DNA of 64,000 nucleotides from Octopus sinensis (GCF_006345805.1 NC_043008.1:20894001-20958000); one strand, 5' to 3'; positions 1 to 13,293 are shown, numbered from the stretch's first letter. Translations and numbers: made by a program. Notes: a model not told the origin generated them from the letters alone.

Positions 1-86
1 TATATATATATATATATCAGAATAATGGAAAGGGGAGACAAACGCTCGAGATGTTATTTAAATAAATCATTTATATCACTATGTCA

Positions 87-166
87 CCGACATACGTTTC
101 GATAGATGTATTAACATAAAACTGAGAGGAAGAATAATGTGGGAAAATGCATCAATCTCATCTCGG
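87..166 (-). ncRNA. Degenerate minimal type-I hammerhead-like motif in a short repeat ending at the (TA)n at 1-17
   Basis: Minus strand reads CCGA-gATGA-GATTGATGCATT...AATACATCTATC-GAAA-CGT-A-TGTCGG. Stem II pairs at 10/12 positions, stem III is the ACGT palindrome, and the cleavage triplet is GUA. The CUGAUGA core appears to have lost about 4 nt. Confidence 0.35.
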
Positions 167-1479
167 AGGATATAAACAACAGAGTTCATCAATAAGTCAT
201 TTTTGCAGATATAACAAACTACAATATATAACATATAATGTATGTGTGTGTAGAAAACAAATGTGGAGAGGGAACGCTAGTAGTTTTAAAATACCATTAA
301 GAAATTTGACGTCAAAGGACTAGAGAAGAAGAAAAGGAAGAGAGAAAGAAAGAAAGAGAGTTAAAGGAGAAATCGTGGTATAAACAAATGGAAAATGAAT
401 GATAGATAGATAGGTAGAAAAGATGAGGGAAATAATGAGAAGTATGGGATGAAAGAATAGAGTCTAAGTTGCAGATATTATTAGATAAAGGGGCAGATAT
501 TATTTGAAATAACCGAAAGAGTGTTTTATCCAATGCAAACACATATAAACACGTTCTTTATAGGTGTTGACCGGTGGCTGTTTGGAAGAAAAAAAGGATA
601 AATATTTGTTCGTCCGTACAAAGAGAACAGAAGGATTGGCCTTGCATATTTTTGTTTATTGTTCATACATATTTCTGATATTGCTAACATGTATTGCTTA
701 TAATATTGCTGTATAGTATACATCTATGAGTTCTAAGTAGTGTTGTTTGCATTAGCCATATCTCAAAAATTTCACTTCACTTTCATGAAAGCCAGCGATA
801 AGAACCAGATAATTTTGCACTGGTATATCTTTTGAAAGGATAACATTCCTAACACTCATGATTCGAGGATATTATAGCGTGATCATATAAAGCCAATGCT
901 ATCATATTTCTAATAACTACTGAGTATTCACGCATTATTTTAATTCATGCTGCTATTCTTAGTCACGGTTAGAGTTAGGGTTAATGTGCTGTATAGCGCT
1001 TGATTTTTGTTTGTTTTGTTTTTTTCTTCAAGTTGTTTTGTTTTTTCTTGTCTGTTTCTAAAAAATTTTTAAATGTCACTATGAACAAAAGATCTTTTAC
1101 GAGGTCACTCGTTCTGCTAAACATGACAGATGAATCCCCTTCAAACTAGTTCCTATTTTCTTAAATACATTAGATATTAAATACATTAGACATTGTACTG
1201 GTAAAAGAGCAACAAAGATATTCAAGTCTTTAATCATAAGCTCTACTCGATTCGTGCTGATCTGGCTTTAAAAAAATAGCAATAAAACAAAACTACTTCG
1301 AACTCGACCGCCGTTAACAACATCAATACCAAGAATAGGGTTACATATAGAAGAATAACAAAACCAGAAACAACAACAGGAGTGAGAAGACCACAAGAAC
1401 AAGGCGAGAATAACAACGCCAAAGCCAACACCATCAGAAACATCCATAGCATCAACAATACGAATAACAGCAGCACCAG

Positions 1480-1806
1480 TGGGGGGCGCAATGGCCAAGT
1501 GGTTAGGGCAGCGGACTCGCGGTCGTAGGAACGCGGTTTCGACTCCCAGACCGGACATTTTGAATGTTTATTGAACAAAAACACCTAAGCTCCACGACGC
1601 TCCGGCAGGGGGTGGTGGCGACCCCTGTTGTACTCTTTCGCCCCAACTTTCTCTCATTCTTTCTTCCTGTTTCTTTTACCCGATTTCCTACGCAACCGCT
1701 GAGCCTGGATGCGCATTCATCCATCCGTCGATGCTCTCGGTGTCGGGAGTTGACCTGCTTTCTCTTCTGCGAGTCTTACGAATAGCAAAGGACCACGTTT
1801 CGGACC
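1480..1806 (+). mobile_element. tRNA-derived SINE family A, tail type 1
   Basis: A-box TGGCCAAGTGG and B-box GGTTTCGACTCC. Head and body match the copies at 6107, 14964, 34840 and 57330. Confidence 0.85.
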
Positions 1807-2002
1807 GCTCGGACTGGGCCGCTCAACAGCGCTCAACAGCAGCAACAGCAACAACAACAGGACAAAAATAAACGATACCAATCCAGTAGGAGCAACAACA
1901 GCATCAATAATTAGAATAAAAGTGACAACAGGAATAGCACCAGAAACAATCATCATCATCAACAACAGAAACAACATCAACAATAAGAGCAACATTAAGT
2001 GT

Positions 2003-2195
2003 TTCTATTATAGGTACAGCGACCAGAAAATTTGAGGGTAGGAGCTACTGGATCTCATCGACCCCAGAACTCGACTGGTACTTATTTTATCGACCCCGAA
2101 AGGATAAAAGACAAAGTCGACCTTGGTAAGATTTGAACTCAGAACTCAGAACGGATGAAATGCCGTTAAGCGTTTTGTACTCTGCCAGCTTGCAA
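2003..2195 (-). mobile_element. SINE family B variant (B2 tail), degenerate
   Basis: Contains the family-B core actggtacttattttatcgaccccgaaaggat...aaagtcgacc...tttgaactcaga. Confidence 0.7.
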
Positions 2196-2668
2196 CGATG
2201 ATACCAAGAAAAATAATACAGTCAAGGACAATGACAATATGAAACAGTAGGAGAAACAACAAATGGGACAATATCATAAGCAACTGCATCAACAATAACA
2301 ATTTTAACATCATTAACCAGCCTTAAATATAACAACAGGAATAACAACAACGCCAATAAAACGAATATGGACTGTTGTAGTAAATACAATAGCAATGATA
2401 GGAAAAAGAATGAAATTTCAGAAGCAAAATGGAGAGGAGTATGGGAAGGAGAATAAAATCTACAATATGGGAATACAAAATAAGAGCAACGATAAAAACA
2501 AAAATAAAAGTATTGAGTCCTACGTTGCCACCGCCAATGCTAAGAGGGAAGTAAATAGCATCACCAGCGGTAACAATGCAAACGCCATCATCGGCAGCAA
2601 GAGCAGAATCATCGTGGATAACGACGTCGTCATAAATAATGGTAACAGTGACAAAATAATAATAACAA

Positions 2669-3390
2669 CATCAATGGTAGACAATAAGAACAACGAAATT
2701 AACAAAAACAAAAACAAACAGTAATAGAATAGAAACACTAACTATAAGAAATTGAAGCCGAATTAACAAGGACATCGGCAAAGCAACAATAATATCAACA
2801 TCAATAATAAACAATAATAACAGCAATGAGAAAGAACAACATCAATGGTAGACAATAACAACACCAAGAGAAATAGCGAAAGCAAAAACAACAGATACGG
2901 GAACAATAACAACAAAAAATGGAAGACGAATTAACAAGGACATCAACAAAGCAATAATAATAATATTAACATCAATAATAAATAATAACAACAGGAATGA
3001 GAAACAACAAATCAATGGTAGACAATAACAACACCAACAGAACTTACGAAAGCAAAAGAAACAGATACGGAAACAATAACAAGAAATGGAAGACGAATTA
3101 ACAAGGACATCAACAAAACAATAATAATAACAATAATAATAACATCAATAATAAACAATAACAACAGGAATGAGAAACAACAACATCAGTGGTAGACAAT
3201 AACAACACCAAGAGAACTAACGAAAGCAAAAACAACAGATATGGGAACAATAACAACAAGAATGGAAGAAGATTTAACAAGGACATCAACAAAGCAACAA
3301 TAATAATACCAATATCAATAATAAACAATAACAACACCAATGAGAAACAACAACAAAAGTAACAATATTAATGGTGAACAATAACAACTT
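2669..3390. repeat. ~170-bp AAC-rich tandem repeat (about 4 units) inside a 1.3-kb AAC/AAT low-complexity tract
   Basis: The unit anchor atcaatggtagacaataacaac recurs at ~2670, 2840, 3010 and 3183. Confidence 0.8.
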
Positions 3391-3801
3391 CAACAATATG
3401 AATAACAACGGCAAAACATCAGCAACAACCAACGACAAAACGAAGAGCTGAAACAAGAAATAGAAAAAACATGAACAAGAACAAAAAGAATGCTAACGAC
3501 ACTAACGCCACTGTCGGCACCACCACCGATAATACCAGCAATAACAACAACAGTAACAACAACAATAAGTGTATTAAGGCATCAACTTGAAAGTAATTCC
3601 AATCCGTGACAATGAAAGAGTTGTAATAAAATCGAAGCGAGAGAAAGAAATGTGACTTTAATGAAAGACTGTTTGAGATTTAATTTTAGATTTAAAATGA
3701 AATGTCAACGTCAGCTAGAATTTAATAGAGGAAACGGATACATATTGACGCTAGTGTTCTTCTAATCATCCTGTGTGTGTGTGTATGTGTGTGTGTGTGT
3801 G

Positions 3802-3846
<45 letters not shown>

Positions 3847-5951
3847 ATGTGTATGTAGTTAGCTACATACGCAGATAAATAGATAAAAGTGTGTATACGT
3901 TATATATATTAATACAAATATATGTGAATATATACGTGTGGATGCCTGTGTGCGTGTGTGTGTGTGTGTGTATTTATTGGAAATAGAATTTAAACTTGAG
4001 TTTGTATATATAAATATGTATATGTGTGTGTGTGTGTCTGTATGAGTGTGTATGTGTGTGAGCGCGTGAGTATTTGCGTATACCCTTCTACTAATTTGCA
4101 TGAACAAAAACACAGAAACCCTTACATACCATACACAGACAAGGAAACATATATGTACTCATATCTACATTAAATATATTCAGATCTAGACAATGATAGA
4201 CCCCTTCGTCAATGTATGCGCAAGTATGCATGTATATAGAGAGAGGGAGACAAAGTGAGGGGGAGAGTGAGGAGAGAGGGGGAAACAGACAAACGATAAC
4301 AAACGATAAGGGATGTATTTATATGAAAACTTGTGTATGCATTTTACATAATGAAATCAGTTCATATTTTTGGAGCTCTTTCGAATAATCGATAATTTTC
4401 TGATTCAAAAATATATATAGTTTGTGAGCAGGTGCAATACCCAGGCTTAAACTATCATTTTATCAACTTATTCTTTATATATAGAGATGTGTATGTGTGT
4501 TTGCGTTTGTGTACACACATATATATTACATAATTAACGAGTGTACTGAACGACGGGAAATAATTCAAGTGGGCTAATGGTTAAATTTGGATAAATATGT
4601 TATGAGGTTACGTAATCGAATGTCGTATGCTTACAGATTCTCAATTAGTTGAAAATTTGCTATTAAGTCTGAACAACAAAACAGAACTTACTGAGGCGGC
4701 AGAATAACACCGAAACGTGCCTGTAACTATGTTATTACCTACTAAGAAAGATCCCATTTTCTTCTATTTCTCAATTTATTTCATAAAATTAAGTACTTTG
4801 CTAATATCCTGAAATTATGTCCACTTCTTGCTTGAGAACTAGTAGCAAATACCATTAGGCTTTGGCTTTCTTTCCTTAACTCAAAGGTAAATTTCAATTA
4901 ATTGAAATACTTTTTTGTACATCATTCAGTGCATCCCTTCTGGATTCGCATACACGGTCTCCGTTGGTCAAGATTCCAAGATTAACCATACATCTGCACA
5001 TGTATACGCAGGCCTAGGGAAGACTTTGCGGAATAAGTCTAGTAGTTACCCATACATGCAAGTGTCCTCTCTTCACGCCACCGATATTTATCCCAAAGAA
5101 ACGCGGCTTAGGACCTGCGTCGGCGAAGGCTGGTTTCTTTCAGAACGCAAGAGTAGGAGCAGATAGTGCAAGGAATCTGGCCTGAACTGTTTATAGCCCC
5201 CACCAGTTCATAAATCTTTCTAAGTGGAAGGCCGTGTTGAACTGCAGAATTTGAACACTGATCGCAAAATCGAAACAATATCTACGAAACATTCTATGCA
5301 GTTCATCGAAATATATTCATAAGCTCTTAAACTCTTCTTGTGTGTGCGTGTGAAAGTCTGCAACCGTTCTAGTTTGCATGTGTGAATGCATTGATGCTTT
5401 TGGGAGGAAGCGTGCATGTGAATGACTTTTTCTGTGTTCCCAAAGTGGATTTTGAAGTCTAGCAGCGTATAAGTGGATGTGTAACCCATAAATCCCACTG
5501 CGCTTTTATTCTCATGGTGAATGTCTGTTTAAAATGAAGTTGGGCGAAAAGTGAAATAAAATTTACGCACTTGCCTTGAAATGCCGTTTTGTATTACAAT
5601 TAATGATTTGAATACAGTAACAATGCAATTTTATACAATAGTGGGGTGCTGCTGTCGGAAACGTTTACGCTTACGGCTGTCTAAAATTCTCATAAAAAAA
5701 AGACAAGGAGTTAATATGGCTCCCTGATTACAATGCGAGGTAACTGATTTACAGATTTAGCTATCGATACAGAGCAATTCCGAAAGCCGAATAGAAACTT
5801 GGAAGTATGTTGCTATGCATTTCTGAATTAATTATTCTACATTAATTATAAATAAAAGGATCTAAGTAAAATAATAAAATAGTTAAAAAGAAATATACAA
5901 TCCAAGTAAGGTCACATAAGATATATATATATAAAAGTCTGAGTATATATA

Positions 5952-6087
5952 TATTTCTTTATTGCCCACAAGGGGCTAAACATAGAGGGGACAAACAAAG
6001 ACAGACAAAGGGATTAAGTCGATTACATCGACCCCAGTGCGTAACTGGTACTTTATTTATCGACCCCGAAAGGATGAAAGGCAAAGT
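5952..6087 (-). mobile_element. SINE family B, 3' part only
   Basis: tatttctttattgcccacaaggggctaaacatagagggg...gaccccgaaaggatgaaaggcaaag. Confidence 0.85.
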
Positions 6088-6106
6088 GTGTGTACGTATG
6101 TATGTG

Positions 6107-6613
6107 TGGAGGCGCAATGGTCCAGTGGTTAGTGCAGCGGACTCGCGGTCGTAGGATCGTGGTTTCGATTCCCAGACCGTACATTCTGAGAGTTTTTTGA
6201 GCGAAAACACCTAAAGTACCACGAGGCTCCAGCAGGGGGAGTGGCGAACCCTGCTGTACTCTTTCACCACAACTTTCTCTCACTCTTCCTTCCTGTTTCT
6301 GTTGTATCGGTATTTCAAAGGGCCAGCCTTGTCACACTCTGTATCACGCTGAATCTCCCCGAGAACTACGTTAAGGGTACACGTGTCTGTGGAGTGCTCA
6401 GCCACTTGCACGTTAATAAATGAGCTGCGACGTCACTGGTGCCAAGCTGTATCGGACTTTGCCTTTCCCTTGGATAACATCGGTGGCGTGGAGAGGGAAG
6501 CTGGTATGCGTGGGCGACTGGTGGTCTTCCATAAAACAACCTTGCCCGGACTTGTGCCTGGGAGGGTAACTTCCTAGTTGCAATCCCATGATCAGTCATG
6601 ACCGAAGGGGGTC
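6107..6613 (+). mobile_element. tRNA-derived SINE family A, tail type 2
   Basis: Same tRNA-like head and central body as the 14964 copy up to ...cacgttaat, then an unrelated ~190-bp tail. Confidence 0.85.
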
Positions 6614-6975
6614 ACAACGTATGTCTGTATACACACAAACATATTCACTCACATACGCATATACGCATTTATATACGCCCAGACATATACAAATATAGAT
6701 ACACATACATTCGCACTTAAGTATACGTTTATATGCATGTATAAATATACATACATACGCACGTACACAAACACATACAGACACATATGTGATAAATAAA
6801 GATAAAAAGTAATAGATTCTTTACTTTTATGACTGTTACGTAATAAAACCCAAAACGACAAAATATATTCGCTTACACACGCACACACACACACACACAC
6901 ACATATAGATAGATAGATGTATACATACGCACATATATATATACAAACGTACATAATATATAAATAGAAAAATAG

Positions 6976-6976
6976 T

Positions 6977-7075
<99 letters not shown>

Positions 7076-7081
7076 ACAGAC

Positions 7082-7147
<66 letters not shown>

Positions 7148-7153
7148 ATAGAC

Positions 7154-7204
<51 letters not shown>

Positions 7205-7205
7205 C

Positions 7206-7236
<31 letters not shown>

Positions 7237-7301
7237 AGTATGGATTGATAGGTAGGTAGGTTGGTAGGGAGGTAGCTATATATATATATATATATATTAT
7301 A

Positions 7302-7355
<54 letters not shown>

Positions 7356-7362
7356 ATATATA
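6976..7362. repeat. Compound microsatellite (AGAT)n/(GGAT)n/(TA)n
   Basis: Read directly from the sequence. Confidence 0.95.
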
Positions 7363-7493
7363 CAGGGTGTCCCAAAAAAATGTATACACATAGTGGTTCG
7401 GCAAAAGAGAACGATAGAAAAAGTACTAGGCTTACAAAGGATAACAAATTTACAAGTATTTAAGGTGTGTATACATTTTTGGGGGACACCCTG
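7363..7493. mobile_element. 131-bp Tc1/mariner-type MITE
   Basis: TIRs CAGGGTGTCCCAAAAAAATGTATACACA and its reverse complement, TA target duplication, inserted in (TA)n. Confidence 0.8.
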
Positions 7494-8249
7494 TATATAT
7501 ATATATGTCTCTTTCTTTTGTTATCTTACCGTTTTTACCAATATATATATATGTGTGTGTATTTATGTATATGTATGTATACACATAAACAGATACATAC
7601 ATACATACATACATACATACATACATACACACATAGGCATTTCCTTATATATAGCATAGATTTCCGGCAGCATTGGTCGAGCTCAAGTCTCAATTAGCAC
7701 CAGATTCTTAAAACTCATATATAGTCTTCGTATCACTCTGCTCCTTTCTTTCCTAAATTTTGTCGATTCAGTCCCGCAGTCGTTCAGATACGAACTCCGC
7801 ATATCCAAATTGTACTTTGCCTGTCCAGCAGTTAAAACTGTACTCATTCAATCATGGAACTACACAAATTCAATTCATGTCATATATTTATGGTTCCTAA
7901 CGTAATTTTTGAGGCGTTCATATTGTAAAGCTTCGTTGTCGTCTGCAAAGAATGTGCTGTCGTACAAGTTTCTCACAATTTCAAGACGATGTACGTGATG
8001 GCGTGTTCATTGGAAGATTCGAGAATGTAAAATAGATTTAAAATCGTGATCTTTGTAGTTTCCAGAATATGTGTGTTTCTTTTGAATCTTAAAGTTGCCT
8101 TTCCGCAATTTCTTGAACATTTCCTTAATGTAAGAGTATGTGTGTGTTTGTGTGTCTGTGTGTGCGTGCTTGTGTGTATATACATATAGATATGTATGTA
8201 TGTTTAAGCATATAGATATTATATGTTTATTATGTATAGAGACATAGGA

Positions 8250-8281
8250 GTAGATAGATAGATAGATAGATAGATAGATAT

Positions 8282-8312
<31 letters not shown>

Positions 8313-8313
8313 T

Positions 8314-8390
<77 letters not shown>

Positions 8391-8625
8391 CTGATTGATT
8401 GATTGATTGATTTATAGACAGATAGATAGATACAAACGTACATACATATACACACACATACATACATGCATACATACACACGTACGTACATACATACATA
8501 CATACATACATAAATACATACATACATACATACACACATACATACATGCATACATACACACGTACGTACATACATGCATACATACATACGTACATACGTA
8601 CATACATACATATAGATAGATATGC
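8250..8625. repeat. Compound microsatellite (AGAT)n/(GATT)n/(TACA)n
   Basis: Read directly from the sequence; source of the spurious ORFs at 8219-8662. Confidence 0.95.
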
Positions 8626-8840
8626 ATGACAGTCCACGCAATTTTCGCCTTTGGCTAATCACGACTGCAGATTAAAACGAATGTAATGTTTACATCACGT
8701 ATCCTATATATATTCACGAGTATATATAACATCCCTTATTAGATGATGTGTATGTAAATATGTGTATTATGTGTGGGGGTTATGTAAGTGCATGCACACA
8801 CACATACTCACACACACTCATATATATTATATATATATAT

Positions 8841-8896
<56 letters not shown>

Positions 8897-10033
8897 AGAT
8901 AGCTAAAGAGAGAGGTGAGAGATGGAGAGTGTGAGAGAGGGAGAGTGTAAGAGAGGGAGAGTGAGAGAGAGAGAGAATTCTGGTCTCGGTATGGCCAAAT
9001 TAAGAATTACGAGTTCCCGCTCCAAATCCATTGTGTAGAATGCAAAAGACATGAGCTAATTATAGCTTCTGGTCGACTTGTACCTCTGGCTAAAACTGGA
9101 TAGACGAAAACTTCATAGAAGCATCTTTGACGTATGTTACCTGTAATTCAAGACACCAGTGTTGTAGCACACTGTGACACGCTGGTTCTGTCTCGACATG
9201 AAGTACCGTGTACAAGTCTCTGTAGAACAGCCTGTCACTGCAATGCTAACTCAATAAGCATGTAATTGAATTTATAGACATCTGAATTCTCATCGTCAAA
9301 GGCAACGGTAAGATATGTAACTTCATTTTTTATTATTGATGTACATATGCGTTTTCTCGCTTTTGCTTAGACATTTCACAATCGTCTTAATCACATAGTC
9401 ATTCTTGCGCCTAGTATGTATATGTGTGTGTGTGTTTACATTTGTTGTTAAATCGAATATTGTGCCCCACTATGTCTCAAAGTTAGCCGTTCATCAAACA
9501 GTGATCTATAAAAGAAATGCCAGATTGAAATACGTACTGAGGTCAGAGTGATCAAATAAATTTTTGAAGGTGGTACTCCATCATGGCGACAGTCGAAAGA
9601 CTAAACCCAGTAAGATAATATTTAAAGACATTCAAATTTAAGGTAATGGATTACTAACCACAAGATAAAGAGTTCAAAACTTCGTATTGATCTTCCACTC
9701 TATACTATAACGACTATGTACACCTCAGTCTACTTGACTTCCAACAATTAACAATTGTAATCTGAAGTTGAATGGTTCGCAGTAAGAAAGATATCCAGAT
9801 CTCAAGCAGAGTTGCCTCTCTTAGCTGAAGACCTGAAAATTGTGCGACTCGATTATTTTGTAGTAAAAAAGAGTTGTGCAAAAAACATACTTCATTTGGT
9901 ACTCGAAAGATAACTGAATCATTTGATACCTCATACGTCAAAATCAGCAACTCGGTTTTCGAATCCATCAGGAACACACACACACAGACAAAACCTGCTT
10001 TATGTATCAATATATATATATGCTTATATATGC

Positions 10034-10064
<31 letters not shown>

Positions 10065-10251
10065 TGTATGTATAAAGATCAAATAAAGAAAATACGTGTT
10101 AGACAGAGTATCGAAACCTTATTTTAAGGTAAGTCCCAGGTCGTGTGTCTGCGGAGCACGTGCACCACTTACGGCTACCAGGCATCATCCGCGATATTTA
10201 GCAAACATCGTTGTAAAAATTCTAGGAATTCCGGGATGGACGTTGGGTATA

Positions 10252-11925
10252 TATTAAAGATAAAAAGAATAGACGAATTGTACTAACAAGAAATTTATAT
10301 TTCCACAATTGTTTCATCTTCAAGATGCATTGCTCCCTTGTGGGCATAGAACGATGCAAAAACACCAAATTCAATGCACAGTGCTTAGACGACTCTTCAG
10401 GTGGAATAATAAGATTTTACGCTGGGAGATTTGCATTTGAGGTTCACTGTATTGAGAGATTTTAACAGTTAGACAGACGCACAGACAAACAGTCGTGCAC
10501 ATTCTTACGTTTAAATCCATGCAAAGACATACAGATGCACACATTAATAATTCTGCTCGTGGGCACACGCCAGTACACAGCACATACATGTAAGTCAGTC
10601 AATTGTATATGCGCACAGCTATACACATATACAAAACATACCTGCGCACACAGATACGTTCCTCAGGGCACAAAGATTCAGCCTACACAGACACATACAG
10701 ATCACATCAACCCACACAGATCACATCAACACTGCCACCATGGAGCACACGCATGCACGGACACAGGAACCCCCACAGTCACACTCACACAGTCATACTC
10801 ACACCATCAAGCATTGTTCACAGAACCCACTCACACACGTCCCTCTCACACCCACATCACAGGACATACAAATCTAAATGTACATTGACACCCTCAGTAT
10901 TACATGTCTGCTTATACACTCACGCAATTATACACACACACACACACGTTCATACACAGATATACACATGTACACATCAGTACACACGTGAGACTTTCAC
11001 TCATCACACATATACAAACGCACACAGGCATATAGAAACACGTCGACTCTGCAGGTACATGCATACACAGATTGCACACACAAACGAAACCACTCAGACA
11101 CACATCCAGGCACAGAAAACTAAACAGCTCAGTGATAAAAGCTCGCTTACCTGTCCATGGGCACTTAGCAGTATATAGAATGATAGCATGATGTTCACTC
11201 TTCCGTGTGGATTACGGCAGTTCGGTGCTGTGTTTACAGGGAGGTAATGTTTGAAGGTAGTTTTCATGGTAAGTAAACAACGAGTAATCCGTTCAGTAAA
11301 TTTATTAATGACCTTTTCCTTGGTAAGCAAGATTGACAAGGATTCTTCAGAGCACAATCCACAGGTCCTAGAGTGTGTGTTGTATGGTTTTGCATATTTC
11401 ATAAGTGACCATGAAATCTCATATGTAATCTTGTTGGTTTTCAGTTGCCATAGAAAATCCACTAGTGATGTCACGTGTCCCTTGTTCAGTTTGTTTGTTA
11501 AACCAGAAACCTGATTTCCATATCGATTCTTGAAGGAATCAGGCGCAGCACCAACGTACACATAAGGGTCTCCCCTCATGTACACAGTGCATTTATAGAC
11601 GATGTTATGAGTCATGCAAAGGTTATCCAGTGGGCAATTAAATTATCCAATGGCCAATGAAATTTGTCCTCGAAGGAGCACCCATTTGTGGCCATTGTTA
11701 GTGACCGGGGTTGTGTAGTGGTTGTCCTGTCATTCCAGGTATAATTGTTTGTGGATTCAGCATGTTGTTGGCGTGCAGCTTCTGTAGGTTCTGCGTTGCA
11801 TCTGGTGTTATTGCATTGTTCTACGCCCACAAGGGAGCAGTACATCTTGAGGATGAAACAATTGTTGTGGTAATATAATTTTTTTTCTTGGTATATACCG
11901 TCTCTTTTCATCTTGAATATATATT
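10252..11925 (-). mobile_element. 5'-truncated Penelope-like (Naiad-type) element: GIY-YIG endonuclease ORF between inverted ~115-bp terminal repeats
   Basis: Inverted repeat arms at 10252-10367 and 11803-11925 flank the GIY-YIG ORF and a CA-rich tract. Confidence 0.6.
11094..11633 (-). CDS. GIY-YIG endonuclease domain of a PLE (Naiad-like), no RT upstream
   Basis: CPLDNLCMTHNIVYKCTV...YVYVGAAPDSFKNRYGNQ...TSLVDFLWQLK...ISWSLMKYAKPY...CGLCSEESLSIL...VINKFTE matches the CP-x-C-IVY..YIG..FK-RY..C-LC-EK..LNK-SE pattern. Confidence 0.8.
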   Translation of the reverse strand, partial: PLDNLCMTHNIVYKCTVYMRGDPYVYVGAAPDSFKNRYGNQVSGLTNKLNKGHVTSLVDFLWQLKTNKITYEISWSLMKYAKPYNTHSRTCGLCSEESLSILLTKEKVINKFTERITRCLLTMKTTFKHYLPVNTAPNCRNPHGRVNIMLSFYILLSAHGQVSELLSLSCLVFCAWMCV

Positions 11926-11944
11926 ATATATATATATATATATA

Positions 11945-12022
<78 letters not shown>

Positions 12023-12028
12023 ATATAT

Positions 12029-12064
<36 letters not shown>

Positions 12065-12187
12065 GCGCGTCGTGTGTATGTAACTTTTCATGTGTGCACG
12101 CTTCTATGTAGGTATGTATGCGTATGTATGTGTGTGTATTTTTAGATAGATTGATAGATATATAGATAGATAGATAGATAGATAGAC

Positions 12188-12230
<43 letters not shown>

Positions 12231-12284
12231 TAGATAGATAGATGATAGATAGATAGATAGATAGATAGATAGACAAATAGATAA

Positions 12285-12335
<51 letters not shown>

Positions 12336-12374
12336 GATATAATAGATAGATAGATAGATATAGATAGTAGATAG

Positions 12375-12406
<32 letters not shown>

Positions 12407-12412
12407 AGATAG

Positions 12413-12460
<48 letters not shown>
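11925..12460. repeat. (TA)n followed by (AGAT)n/(AGAC)n microsatellites
   Basis: Read directly from the sequence. Confidence 0.95.
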
Positions 12461-12461
<1 letters not shown>

Positions 12462-12764
12462 GCACATCCACCCATGCAAACATACACATTTTATTTTTAA
12501 CTTCCAGCTGAAGTTCGATATTAAAATGTATCGATTTCTCCGCCATTATCACTTTCTGCCAATACACATCTCCCTCTGACCCTTTACATTTTCCCTCTTA
12601 AAATTCATTCTTGTCAATGTAATTAGTGTTCCCTTTACTTGTTTTATTTACTCTAATATCACATCACACTTGTAAAATGAAGTCAGTTAATCTAGAAATT
12701 TCTATTGGCAGCAGCCAAACAAAATACAATTCACGCTGAATGAATCCCCCGTAGTGTCACTTAC

Positions 12765-13049
12765 TTGACAGAAGAGTTTCAGAACAGAGGAAGAGAAGTA
12801 GGGAAGTACGGTGTGCTGTTGTGGATATTGTTGTTGTTGTTGCCAGTGGTGGAGGTGGTGGTGATGGTGGTGGTGGTGGTGGTGGTCCTGTTTGTTTGTA
12901 GAGGAATGATTAATTACTTTGGTGCTGCTGTTGTGAAAACAGTTGTACTTTGGTGTGCACCGAAGTCTTCAAGAAGTGCCAGTAGTGATGTATTGCTGGA
13001 AAAAAAACCAGTAAAATCTTGTGGAGGTGCCCCCCCCCCCCAGAATATG
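12765..13049. other. GC-richer exon-like segment with (CAC)n/(CAA)n and splice signals on both strands; function unresolved
   Basis: Minus strand: acceptor ttttttttccag before 12995 and donor caa/gtaagt after 12765. Plus strand: acceptor gacag before 12772 and donor atg/gtgagg after 13049. Confidence 0.3.
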
Positions 13050-13293
13050 GTGAGGAATATGTAGTCGTGGACTCGGATGCTACTGAACTGTTTAGGCGTT
13101 TACTACCCAACTATGAGTTTCTGAGTTCGATACACACATACACATATACATATACTTCAGCAATGTAACCACACACTTGCTTTTGGCGATTTCATGCATA
13201 AGTACATTTGATGGTATCAAATGTGGTGGTATAGTTCATATTAGAAGTCTGGTTCTATATACAATGTTACAGTATTGCTAGGAAAACTATTCT

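Noticed and set aside
965-985. Telomere-like GGTTAGAGTTAGGGTTA
   Set aside because: Only about 2 imperfect units; such motifs are common inside MITE/Helitron remnants.
4685-4730. Hammerhead-like fragments at ~4690, ~1120, ~15710, ~37270 and ~42915
   Set aside because: Each has only part of the core or lacks pairing stems; too degenerate to support.
9278-9307. 30-nt micro-exon TSEFSSSKAT (ag..gtaaga); also a 66-nt purine-rich candidate at 50275-50340
   Set aside because: Weak acceptors, and such short AG..GT windows occur often by chance.
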